From the human T2T-CHM13v2.0 reference genome, Homo sapiens: a DNA stretch of 64,000 nucleotides. Shown one piece after another: positions 1 through 14,118 of the stretch. Every line of letters starts with the position of its first letter. Position 1 is the stretch's first letter. The stretch lies in the NCBI RefSeq assembly GCF_009914755.1, contig NC_060927.1; one strand, written 5' to 3'. Made by a program: the position numbers and the translations under genes. Below the pieces are notes generated by a model that was not told the DNA's origin, did not search any database, and was given only the letters and a program-made list of their open reading frames with translations.

Positions 1-276
1 TTTGTTCCAGAAAAGCATCAAGGAACTTAGCTACTGCTTCCAAATCAGTACCAGTTTCAGTTAAGCCTTGAATAACGTAGTCCTGAAACTGAGTAGGGTC
101 AAACCTCTCTTTTTCATCTCTTTTTCTGGTTTTAAAATACTGGGCCTGATAGCGTTGGCTTTTGCTGCTTTTGATTACTCATAAAAGACACCCGAATTTA
201 AGGTGATGAGGAAAGAGCCAGAAATCCCCAATGTAGTGGCAACTGCCATGGTGTCTCCTCTGCAACCAGAACTGAG
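1..276 (-). pseudogene. BZW1P1: BZW1 processed pseudogene, 5' UTR and first ~60 codons (continues beyond window start)
   Basis: Minus strand from ATG 182-180 reads [13 protein letters not shown], then after a +1 frameshift [43 protein letters not shown]. This matches the BZW1 N-terminus ([34 protein letters not shown]...). UTR and CDS are contiguous without introns. The P1 symbol is recalled from the locus. Confidence 0.88.
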
Positions 277-899
277 GATGGATTTTCACACCACCGTCTA
301 GCCTGATGGATGCTCTTAACCATCTCTCACTACAAAACAAACTCCGTGAATAAACAAGGCATTCAGACATCTTTCAGGCTCATGATAGAGAGTTTTAAAC
401 CAGTTAAGGCTTTAGGGCTTAACATTCGCTTGCTGGTTGATGAAGGCCCAGAAAACAAAGTGAAAATGCTTCCATTTCCCCATTTCAATCTGTGCGCCAC
501 CATCTGCCGTGCTGATTCCCATGATGGCTGCCATGGTGAAGATAGAAAAGGAATGGCCCAGGAACCAGAGTCTCATTGATGCCAACACAAGATAGACTCA
601 CAGCCCTGAGGTCAAGAAATCTTTCTTTCTGATACTTTGTCTTAAGCAGTGCCGGGACTTTTCACTTTTTATACTAGGGCCTTGTGTAGGCAAGCACAGG
701 CGACTGAATTGGTTCCATGGACCAACCCTTTGATCATACCATATGTGGAAACAATACTGCACTATTTGTCTTTTCTCCCTTTGAGAAGTCCTTAATTATT
801 ATTGAAGGGATGTTTCCTATTATTCATCCTGTCTCCTTCAACGCAACCCCACCAGCAGACAGACTGGTCTTCCTTAAATGCAAATGCTACCCCTTCACT

Positions 900-1400
900 C
901 ACTCTCCCACTACAACCCTTCGTTGGCTGTACATTGCTTTTAGGATACTCATGTTGTCTGTCCCTGGCATAGCCTCCAAGGCCCTATCTCCAGAACAGTG
1001 TCCACCTTAGGCCACCCTCTCTCTTGCCCTCTAGGCTCCAGCACTCTGACATTCCTTCAGCTCCTCAAACATGTCATGTTCCTTCCTAACTCAGACCTTT
1101 CCCACGCTGTTCTTTATGCCTGGAATCGTACTCCTCCCTTCAGCAATCCGGTCAGCTGCCACTTATCCTTTAAATTATGGTATAAATGTCACTACCCCAG
1201 GGGTGCCCTCCTCAGTGTCATGCCCCAGACCAGCCTGGGTAAATGTAAAAGAGGCTCCCACAGCATCTACCTAGAGCTTCTCTACCATAGCACATAACTC
1301 ACCTACAGTTAAATAATTATTGGGCAATTATTTGTTCAACATGAGTTTTCCCCATTGGACAAATCAACTTGGTCCCAGCATAGTGCTGCCATGTGTGATC
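900..1400 (+). mobile_element. L2 LINE 3' fragment
   Basis: Motifs such as cctttcccacgctgttctttatgcctggaat and aaatgtcactacc resemble the L2 3' region; boundaries approximate. Confidence 0.55.
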
Positions 1401-1557
1401 TTTTTAAACCTTTTTTTTTTCAGTGCTATTCTCATTGTACAATGTCAGTAAGTTAATAATGAGTGGAGTGAGAGAAAGTGGATACTGTATATTTCAACCA
1501 GTTTGGCTGTAAAGGGGAGGAGAGAGATAGGATAGGAGCTGGAGGGCACTGTGGAAG

Positions 1558-1932
1558 TGTCTTAACCAGCTCAGGCTGCCATCACAAAATACCACAGACT
1601 GTGTGGCTTAAACAAGTGATACGCATTTCTCACAGTTCTGGAGGCTGGAAGTCCCAGCTCCAGGTGCCAGCATGGTTGGCGTCTGGTGAGTGCTCTCTTT
1701 CTGGCTTGCAGACAGCTGCCTTCCCACTTTGTCCTCATTTGGTGGAGGGTGGGTGAGTTCTGGTCTCTTCCTCTTCTTTTAAGGACAGCAATCCCGTTAT
1801 GAGGACCCCACTCTCATGACTTCATCTAAACCTAGTTACCTGCCAAAGGTCCCATCTCCGAATATCATCATATTAGGGTTTAGGTTTCAACATATGAATT
1901 TAGCAGAGGGATGTCAAAATTCAATCCATAGA
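1558..1932 (-). mobile_element. MaLR LTR (MLT1A-like)
   Basis: ggctgccatcacaaaataccacagactg...catttctcacagttctggaggctggaagtcc...ttcaacatatgaattt is typical MLT1 sequence. Confidence 0.8.
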
Positions 1933-2323
1933 AGGGATTAAGCAAAGTCTTTTTATGACAGGAAATCTTGAACAGGCTTAAACACTGATGGTAGATGCCA
2001 GCAGAGAGGGGAAGGATGAAGCTTCAGGGGAGACGGGATAATCATAGGAGGTGGGAGGAGAAAAGAAGCAGTGCATTGATGGAGAAGATGTCTTTGGGAG
2101 GACAGACACTGCTCCTGCTGTGACATGAGCAGAGGAGCAAAGGGCGTGTGCGACTCCAGAGGACCTTTTCCATGTGGTGACAATGAGGCAAGAGAATTCT
2201 CAATGAGCAGCTTCTTATTCCCTATTCGAAGTAACATGTATGGATATCTGATGAGGGACTGGTGTGGCTTGTGGAAAATGGAGAAGGTTTGGAATAGATT
2301 CTGTGAAGAGTAAGAAACAGAGC

Positions 2324-2615
2324 TGCTGTGATACGAATGTTTGTGCCCACCCCCATTTATGTGTTAAAGTCCTAACCCCCAAGTAGAAGGTATTAGGAGA
2401 TGGAGCCTTTGGGAGGTCATTAAGCCTTGAGGGCAAAGTCCTCATGATTGGGATTAGTGTCCTCCTAAAAGAACCCAGGGAGTTAGCTTGTCTCTTCCAC
2501 CATGTGAGAACACAGCAAGAAGGCACCACCTATGAGCCAAAAAGCAAGCCCTCACCAGACATTAAATTGGCCTTGATCTTGGACTTTCCAGTCTCCAGAA
2601 CTGTGAGAAATTCTG
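2324..2615 (+). mobile_element. MaLR LTR fragment (MLT1A/MSTD-like)
   Basis: ggtattaggagatggagcctttgggagg...ccttgatcttggactttccagtctccagaactgtgagaaa. Confidence 0.75.
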
Positions 2616-3743
2616 TGTGGAGGGAGTAACAGCTGAGAGCCCTGGAATGACAGAAGATTGTGGTCACAGTATGGGATGTTTAAGTGCAAGATTTCAGAGG
2701 AGGAGAAGTTCCTGGTGACAATGGATCAGTGTAAAACCTTAGGCATGCGTGGCTGAACTGGAGAAGGGGTAAAGAGCCTGGAAATTGAGAAGACCAATAC
2801 TGCAGACCCTTCCTTTCAAGTCAAGGGTCCAGTGCTTAGAGTGAGCCCAGCTGGAAAGCAGTCTTCCTTACGAAACTGCATCTTAACAAGTTTTATTTCC
2901 TTCAGGAGGGTTGCCTGTGCCACAGCACTGGTTCCCCATGTAGATGTTACAGGTTCCAAGGGAAATGGTTAGTCTCTCCCTCTCCTCTCTTTTTACCTAT
3001 CAGTGCTACACATCTTGAAGCTCTTTTGGAGCTACAGATATAGAAAAGATAGAGGAAGCAAGACACTAATAAAGAAGGGTCACACAGCCATTGAAAACAC
3101 AGAATTCAGGTGACATTGACATTTATCTGATATCCAATTCTTGCTCTTGGCTCCCAAGACTGAATGGAAATCTTTGCCTTATAACAACAGTGTTGTGGAA
3201 GACCTTTGGGAAAATCTTCCTTTAGGGCCTCCCCCTAACAACACTGCTACATGAAATCAAAACAAAGAAATATCTTTATATTGATATTCTGAATTTTTAA
3301 AAATAATATAAATAAGAAAATTATTCTCGGCATGTATTTACGTACTTTAATCATTTATGTGGCCATATCTATCTGCAATACTGTATCACTGGTATTTCTA
3401 TGATGAATGCTTTTTTGATACACTTTAATCTTCATTTTTAGTAAAATTACTTGCAACCATTTTCTATATTTACAGTTAATAAATTTGAAATTCTTAACAC
3501 TTTTTATTACTCTTTCTAGTAGGCTCAGAACAAATGCTGAGAAAAGGAGGATATTATTTTCTGTTTTGTAATATTGAAATGTTTAACTTCAGCTCAAATA
3601 TTTTTAGAGATTCTGTCACTTTGTCGCTTTTTAGAGACTTTTATTTAACAAATATTTTTATAAGACAAAACTTGTCAAATAAGTTATCTATGATTCTTTT
3701 GAATATTTTACCACATTTAGATCTTAGAAAATAATAGGCCTTC

Positions 3744-4050
3744 GGCTGAGCATGGTGGCTCACACCTGTAATCCCAACACTTTGGGAGGCTGAGGAGGGA
3801 GGATCACAAGGTCAGGAGATCGAGACCATCCTGGCTAACATGGTGAAATCCCGTCCCTACTAAAAGTGCAAAAACAAAATCAGCCAGGTGTGGTGGTGGG
3901 CACCTGTAGTCCAAGCTACTTAGAAGGCTGAGGCAGGAGAATGGCATGAGCCCGGGAGGTGGAGCTTGCAGTGAGCCGAGATCACGCCACTACACTCCAG
4001 CCTGGGCTACAGAGCGAGACTCCATTAAAAAAAAAAAAAAAAAAAAAAAA
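3744..4050 (+). mobile_element. AluY
   Basis: Full-length Alu with Y-type positions (gagatcgagaccatcctggctaac, gagaatggcatga, gagcttgcagtgag), A-tail, and gccttc on both flanks. Confidence 0.92.
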
Positions 4051-4320
4051 GCCTTCTCAGCTTTATTCCACCAAAAATTTCAACCCAATTTTCAGATATC
4101 TTAAATACCAATTATAGAATTTCAAAATTGAATCAGTGTAGATTTTGAGTCTTCAAATGTAATTCATTCAGTTTCTCCTTGTTTGTACAGATGTATTTTT
4201 AATGTTTTCCTGTTGCAAGCTTTGTTTTTCATAAGTTTGTACATTTCTAAGAGCTTCAAATACTAAAAGTTTTGGGTTTTAAGGGTTTTATGGTACTCCA
4301 TTTGTTGACTGCTCTGATAA

Positions 4321-4700
<380 letters not shown>

Positions 4701-4841
4701 TAGGACACTAAGAAATTACAAAGTACTTATTTTAATAAACAAGCATTTTTGAAATCTGATTAGTGATGAGTAGCAAAAAGAAAGTGAGTACTACCATTCT
4801 GAAACATTTTATTTTTTGTTTCATTACTCTGTGCTTGTGTA

Positions 4842-7580
4842 TGTCTTAGTACATTTTCTGTTGCCATAAGTGAATACTTGAGGCTGGAGAATTTATAAAG
4901 AAAGAAATCTGTCTAGCTATGGTATACAGTCTGGGAAGTTCGAGGGCATAGCCCTGGCTTCTGGTGAGGGTTTTCATTGCTGCATCATAACATGGTGACG
5001 AAGGCCAAAGAGGAAGCAGACACATGCAAAGAAACAGGACTTGAGGGGGCAATCTGCTTGCTCTCCCAGGGACTAATCAATTCCTACAAGAACTAATTCA
5101 GTCTTTGTATTAGTCCGTTTTCATGCTGCTGCTGATTAGGACATACCCAAGACTGGGAAGACAAAGGGGTTTTAATGGACTTACAGTTCCACATGGCTGG
5201 GGAGGCCTCACAATCATGGCAGAAGGCAAGAAGGAGCAAGTCATGGATGGCAGCAGGCAAAGAGAATGAGCTTGTGGAGGAAAACTCCCCGTTTTTAAAA
5301 CCATCAGATCTCATGAGACTTATTGACTATCACGAGAATAACATGGGAAAGACCTGCCCCCATGATTCAGTTATATCCCATCAGGTTCCCCCCACAACAT
5401 GTGGGAATTATAGGAGCTACAAGATGAGATTTGGGAAGGGACACAGAGCCAAACTGTATCATTCTGCCCTGGCCCCTCTCAAATCTCATGTCTTCACATT
5501 TCAAAACCAGTCATGTCTTCCCAACAGTCCCCCAAAGCCTTAACTCATTTCAGCATTAACTCAAAAGTTCACAGTCCAAGGTCTCATCTGAGACAAGGCA
5601 AGTGCCTTCCACCTATGCACCTATGAGCCTGTAAAATCAAAAGCAAGTTAGTTACTTCCTAGATACAATGGGGGTACAGGCTTTGGGTAAATAGAGCTGT
5701 GTTCCAAATGGGAGAGATTGACCAAAACAAAGGGGCTATGGGCCCCATGCAAGTCCAAAATCCAGCAGGGCAGTAAAATTTTAAAGCTCCCACATGATCT
5801 CCTTTGATTCCATGTCTCACATCCAGGTCATGCTGATGCAAGAGGTGGGTTCCCATGGTCTTGGGAAGCTCTGCCCCTGTGGCTTTGCTGGGTACAGCCT
5901 CCCTCCTGGCTGATTTCATGAGCTGGTGTTGAGTGTCTGCAGGTTTTCTGGGCACACAGTGCAAGCTATCAGTAGATCTACCATTCTGGGTTCTAGAGGA
6001 CAGTGGCCCTCTTCTCACAGCTCCACTAGACAGTGCCCTAGTAGGGACTCTGTGTGGGGGCTCTGACCCCATATTTCCCTTCTGCACTGCCCTAGCAGAG
6101 GTTCTGCATGAGGGCCCCACCCTGCAGCAAACTTCTGCTTGGACATCCAGGCATTTCCATACAACTTCTGAAATCTAGGCAGAGGTTCCCAAACCTTAAT
6201 TCTTGACTTCTGTGCACCCACAGGCTCAACACCACATGGAAGCTGCCAAGGCTTGAGGCTTCCACACTCTGAAGCAACAGCCTGAGCTATACCTTGGCCC
6301 CTTTTAGTCATGGCTGGAGCAACTGGGATGCAGGGCGCCAACTTCCTAGACTGCATACAGCAGAGGGACCCTGGGCCTGGCCCACAAAACAATTTTTTCC
6401 TCCTAAACTTCTGGGCCTGTCATGGGAGGGGCTGTTGTGAAGACCTCTGACATGCCCTGGAAACATGTTTCTCATTGTCTTGGGGATTAACATTTGGTTC
6501 CTTTTTACTTATGCAAATTTCTGCAGCTGGCTTGAATTTCTCCTCAGAACATGGGATTTTCTTCTCTATTGCATTGTCCGGCTAAAAATTTTTTACTTTT
6601 ATGCTCTGCTTCCCTTATAAAACTGAATGCCTTTAACAACTCCCAAGTCACCTCTTGAATGCTTTGCTGCTTAGAGATTTCTTCTGCCAGATACCCTAAA
6701 ATCATCTCTCTGAAGTTCAAAGTCCCGCAGATCTCTAGGGCAGGGGCAAAATGCTGCCAGTCTCTTTGCTAAAATGTAACAAGAGTCACTTTTGCTGTAG
6801 TTCCCAACAAGTTTCTCATTTCCATCTAAGACCACCTCAGTCTGGTCTCTATTGTCCATATCACTATCAGCATTTTTGGCAAAGCCATTCAACAAATCTC
6901 TAGGAAATTCCAAACTGTCTCACACTTTCCTATCTTCTTCTGAGCCCTCAAAACTGTTCCAATCTCTGCCTGTTACCCAGTTCCAAAGTCACTTCCACAT
7001 TTTTTGGTATATTTTCAGTGGTGCCCCACTCTACTGGTACTAATTTACCTTATTAATCTGTTTTCACACTGCTGATAAAGACATACCCGAGACTGGGAAG
7101 ACAAAGGGGTTTTAATGGACTTTTAGTTCCACGTGGCTGGGGGTCCCTCACAATCATGGTGGATGGCAAGGAGGAACAAGTCACATCTTACATGGATGGT
7201 GGCAGGCAAAGAGAATGAGTTTGTGCAGGGAAAGTCCCATTTTTAAAACCATCAGATCTTGTGAGACTTATTCACTATCACAAGAATAGCATGAAAAAGA
7301 CCTGCCTCCATGATTCAGTTATATCCCACCAGGTTCCTCCCACCACACATGGGAATTATGGGAGCTACAAGATGAGTTTTGGGTGGGGACCCAGAGCCGA
7401 ACTATATCAGTCTTACTACAGCAAGAACTCATTCACTACAGTAAGAATGGCATCAAGCCATTCATGAGGGATCCTACCGCGTGGCCCAAACACCTCCCAC
7501 TAGGCCTCACCTCCCAACACTGCCACATAGGGGATCAAATTTCAACCTGAGTTTTGGTGGGGACAAACTCAAGCCATAGC
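4842..7580 (-). mobile_element. MST-class MaLR solo LTR split by THE1 (pieces ~4842-5105 and 7410-7580)
   Basis: tgtcttagtacattttctgttgccataagtgaatac... resumes after the THE1 as ...cacctcccactaggcctcacctcccaacactgccaca...ggggacaaactcaagccatagc. Confidence 0.75.
5106..7409 (-). mobile_element. Full-length THE1 (THE1A-like) MaLR retrotransposon, LTR-internal-LTR
   Basis: LTRs at 5106-5461 and ~7049-7409, ~1.6 kb THE1 internal region, TG...CA termini, perfect 5-bp TSD GTCTT (5101-5105, 7410-7414). Confidence 0.93.
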
Positions 7581-7606
7581 TGTGTAATTTTTGTGAATTT
7601 TGACAA

Positions 7607-7895
7607 TTCTTCTTCTTCTTCTTCATCTTCTTCTTCTTTTAACAAAGTCTTGCTGTTGCCTAGGCTGGAGTGTGCAGTGGCGTGATCTCATCTCACTGCA
7701 ACCTCCACCTCCTGGGTTCAAGCGATTCTCCTGTCTCAGCCTACTGAGTAGCTGGGATTACAGGTGTGCACCACAACACCTGGCTAATTTCTGTATTTTT
7801 AGTAGAGATGGGGTTTCACCATGTTGGTCAGGCTAGTCTCGAACTCCTGACCTCAGGTGATCAGCCTGCTTTGACCTCCCAAAGTGCTGGGATTA
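7607..7895 (-). mobile_element. AluS with (GAA)n-converted tail
   Basis: Reverse Alu preceded by (TTC)n; CAATTCTT on both flanks. Confidence 0.88.
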
Positions 7896-8648
7896 TTCTG
7901 GCTCAATTCTTTTTTTTTTATTGACAGTATATCACAACTTCTTCGGGTGAATTATGAGTTATACAGGTACCACAATTCCATGCTTGGATGTCTGCTTTAT
8001 AGAATTCATAATTTAGTAAGAACATTGCTTTTATCATGACACTATGTCCCTCCAAAATTTTATTTGTATTGTCGCCCCAAAATAAATACATTTAACATCA
8101 ATGGAGATCTTTTAAGAAAAATTTCAGTTACATTCTCAATAATGCAAAATATTTCACTAAACAAGGATTTCCAAAAGCTTTATTTCAATTCCATTAATTG
8201 GATGAAAAACTCAATCCATTAGTGAGATTAGCTGATTCTTTTATTTAAAGCATGTGATCGCATTGGTATAAAATTGGCCTCATTCAACTGTGTGCCAAGA
8301 TTGTCTTCTGACAATGGAGCCAAAACAATAACAACTGTCATGAACTTTTTGTGCGTGTGTGAGAAACTATAGACTCCAAAGTGAGTACAACTAATTTGAA
8401 AGAACAATTGTTTCATTTAAATGGAAAAACCTGCTTTGCGTACTGAAACTTAAATGTGCCTTCTGCTGTCCCACGTGTTAAATTGTTATATCCGGACATA
8501 GTTTTTATTGAAATAATTAGTAACTTCAGTAGATTTATAGCAAAATTCAAGGTTGTTACCATTTAACAAAAGTGTTTAGATTATCCTCTAGAGGAGAGCT
8601 ACTCAACCTTTATTTCCTGCGCTTATTGCATATGTACATAATCTATAA

Positions 8649-9176
<528 letters not shown>

Positions 9177-9819
9177 TAGTTAAATTGCCCCAGGAAAGTG
9201 TTGGAAATAAAGAGAAAGATTAAAGCTGGTCGTCTTTCAGATTTACTGTGCGCTAAGGAGAGAACTCTGTTTCCTGAACACAGACCTCACATGCTGCTAG
9301 ACAAGACCATGGCAGAAGATGGAAATAACCAAATGGAGATCCAGCAAACTCACCTCAGTTTACTTTAATGCAAATATTAATGATATATCTTTTAAAAAAT
9401 GAAAAAATCCAGGACAAATGCAAACTAGATGGGATGCCCGACCGCAGGAATAACCAGTACTATTACAGACAAAGGGGATACATTGTTACCCTACCAAGAA
9501 CCCAACACAGCTCAGTGTCCTTGGGAGCCACTACCAATTGATAGGGGTTGACCCACTGGAGGAAACTCCCTAAATGAAATTCCTCAGACCCTGGACAGTC
9601 TCTAAAGCGTTATAGACTTGGATTCATTCTCTTTGAAGAGAACCAGTGAATCTCTATATTCTAAATGCTTTTACATAGAGATTAGAAGAGTTCTTATCTA
9701 GAATTGTTGGTATCCAATGTGCTCCATTCACTCTCTCAAGGATGGTGACTAATGTTTGGGCCACACTGAATGTGCTGGGAGCTAGGAAGCCACACGGTTG
9801 CACACCTCCACACTTCTGA

Positions 9820-10120
<301 letters not shown>

Positions 10121-10419
10121 TATGTACTAATTTATAGTAAACTGATAAAATGTGATTGCAAAAAAGAAAACTGCTCTTTCTCTGAAAACTATATTGAATT
10201 CCTTGGAAAGTCTTAAGAAAGGCAAGTCACTAAAATGCTCGTTAAAGTAGATGTGGGTGAAACTACTGTCAAAATTGGGGTGGGAAGGGGACCCTAAAAC
10301 TGTAGGATTCTGCATTCAGATTTCTTCACACGTTTTAGGTTCTTGCTCTACTTTAAAGGAACTCATCACAGATGGTAAACATCCTAACAAAATATAGTAA
10401 TAAAAAAAGGATGTGTTGG

Positions 10420-10640
10420 GCTCTCCTGTGTACCAGACACTGTCCCTTCACATATTCTGTGTCATGGGATCCTGTCAACAAGCACACAAAGCAGGTAGTC
10501 TTATGATTCCGATTGTACTACAAAATCAGCTGAGACCTAGAGAGGTTAATGTTGAGTAATTGCCCATTGTCACATGGCTGCTAGATGGTGAAGCCAGGAG
10601 TAAATTCTATAATTGTTTGGCTGCAAAGTCTATGCATACT
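10420..10640 (-). mobile_element. MIR
   Basis: ctgagacctagagaggttaa...ttgcccattgtcacatggctgctagatggtgaagccagga resembles the MIR core. Confidence 0.6.
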
Positions 10641-12979
10641 ATACTTCATGTGTTTTGTTCTTGGAGCATAAATCCTGAAAGAAAAAAATCAGTCGATAAA
10701 GATTCTGGTGATAAAGGTCCAGAGAGTGAACAAGTGACCATGAATAGAGGTATACTTTCAGGAACCCAGAAGATTCTCCCGGCTCTCCCCCTTTACCTCC
10801 TACCTACATCTTCTTCCACCTTCTGTTGACTGAGCCTGAAATTATTTTTTATTCCACAAATAGAGGGACAAATGCCCCCTGGGAGAGTAGCCAAGGGCTC
10901 ACAAAGTATATCTGCTGCATTTGGGGAAAACCTGACAGTGCCTTGTCAGCACTACAGGCAGAGTAATTACTAAACTTTGCCAAATTTGCAGCTGCTTTTA
11001 TGAGCCTCTGTAAAATTCTGTAAATGATCAATGAAGTTGCTGCAAGACCTTCCCAGTTGGGTCAGGGGAAGATAGAGAATTCTGAAGAAGTATTCTAGGC
11101 AACAGAGTACCTAGGAAATGGGGGCACAAAATGGGGCCACTTTATACTTTGCTAAGTAACCAAAGGATCACTGTGGCCATTTAATGAGCACCTACTAAGT
11201 GTCTGGTACTTTATATGGATGGAGGTTAAGAAACTTGCCAAAGCCACATAGTTATAGCAGCAGAACTGGAATATAGGCCTGATGCTGGCTGGCTTTGCTC
11301 TCCCACTACCACCTCCCTGAAACTGTCACTGCCAGGGAAGAGCAAATGTCCTAGCAAGGACCTGCAGAGGCCCAGAGCTCAGAGTTAGGGCTGGACATGG
11401 AAGCTGTCTCCCTGAGGACCACGGTCCTCACAGAAGCCAGGCAAACCCAAGGTCCCAGATACAGTTAGAGGCTGAGAGCAGAGAGCAGGATCTGGAGCAG
11501 GGCCAGGAGAGAGCCAGTCGCTGTCTTGTAATAACTCATTCTGCCACTTTCCATTATCGCAAGGATAATACACATTCTTTGTAGAAATGTTGGAAACCAT
11601 GGAAAATAGAAACAAGAAAACATTTCAACCAACCAGAGAAACACTGTTAATACTTTAGTATGCTATATCTTTTCAACCTCTTTGCTCTGGGAAAGTGCAT
11701 TTTTTTTTAAAAGATGGGACAATATATGTTTTCCTTTACTAATATTGGGTAAACATTTTACTCACGTTGTTACAATTCTTTTTCAATAACATTTTTAATG
11801 TTTACAATATCATTTTAATGTTTGCATGGGTAAAATGAGGACACAAGACCCTAACTAGAATCTAACCCATTTGGGACCAAATTTTAGCCCTACCATTTCC
11901 TATCTTATGTGACAAAACTTCTCTTGTCTCTATGACTCCCAGCCCCCCACTCCACACACCCACAGGCATAACAACACAACCTCTTCCTAGGTATGCTGGG
12001 AAGATTGTATGAGAAAATGAACTGAAAGCATTAAGCACAATGTCATGTAAATGTTAACGATTATCATTACTGTAATTTATCTAACAAATTCCCCATTCTC
12101 AGACATTTGGGCTTTTCAGGTTTCCACAATTACAAATCAGATGCAAGGAACACCATTATAGATGGTGTTTCTCCATAATCATGTCTCAATATAAAATTAC
12201 TGTATCAAAGGGTAAACTTTGGAAGAATTTTATACATACTGTCAAACTATTCTTCAGAAGGTTTGTATTGATTTATAACTAATTTGATGGCCCCTTAAGG
12301 AAGCTGGTTATGAAATCAGGAACCGATGATGAACTATGAGTCCAGAGGCAAGGGGCAATCAGCCTTTGTAGATGACCCCAGAATGTGAGACCTGCTAAGA
12401 GGGCCGCCTGCCCGCTCTTCCCTTGTCCTTAGAGTTGGGTCTAGGGTCTACTAAGGGGACGAGCCTGAAAAAACGGGATGGGCCCTGGCTGGCATTGAAT
12501 TAAGGGAGAGGTGGATAGCAGGTGCCAAAAGATATTGGAAAAGGACTCAGTGGATCTATAAAAACCAATCCCATGATTTGCTTACTTGGATTGTTTTAAT
12601 GTATTACTAATTATCGGCAAGTATTTCTCAGACATTTTAATTTAGGTGCTATTTTTAAATCATAACTAACTCAAAACAGCATACATGTATAATTTTGTGT
12701 AATGTAGAATACATTGAATTTTTGTACTGTGACTATCCTTTATTCTGAGATTACATCCTTTACAATTTTTTTCTTAGTTTATGTTCTTTTAAGTTGAAAT
12801 GATGGTGACACTTGGTGGTAGAGTATTTTAAAGTCCCCTAGTTGGCAAATAAAATTGCCCGCTTCCAATTTTAGGCTTAAATTTGATTAACCCCTGGAAT
12901 CCATGTGTCTGGAAGCTAATGACCAGGTGACACATAATCCAGTCTTTAAACCTTCATTTGTCCAACATTCAGTGAGTAG

Positions 12980-13421
<442 letters not shown>

Positions 13422-13869
13422 ACTCTTCTTAATTCTTACAAGAATTGTTTAACTCATTATTAAATATTGGAGCCTTTGGGGAAATAAAATTTACTACAAC
13501 AAACACCTCCTCATAGGTGCAAAATACATATTTCTGGAATTAAAAGGAAAAAATAGAACTAAATCTGAGACAAGAGTAGAGGTAAAATATTCCAGACACC
13601 AAGTTTTGTAACTAAGTGGAAGAAGTCAGCCATATGCTTTAAAAATACATTTATTAGGCAATTGTTTGGTTGAGAACACTCAAAGGAAGGAATACCTATG
13701 TGTAGTTGCATACAACAGGTACATGAAAGCTATCGTAAACTCTTCATTGACATTCAGAAAAATCCCTAAAGAAAAAGAATTGCAAATCAAAACATCATCA
13801 GTAACATCTATGACAAATCAACCAAGTATGAAATTCTATGCAGATATGGAATACCTCATATATCAGTGA

Positions 13870-14118
<249 letters not shown>

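Noticed and set aside
5093-7467. Cluster of 60-153 aa ORFs
   Set aside because: All lie in THE1 LTR/internal sequence, fragmented across frames.
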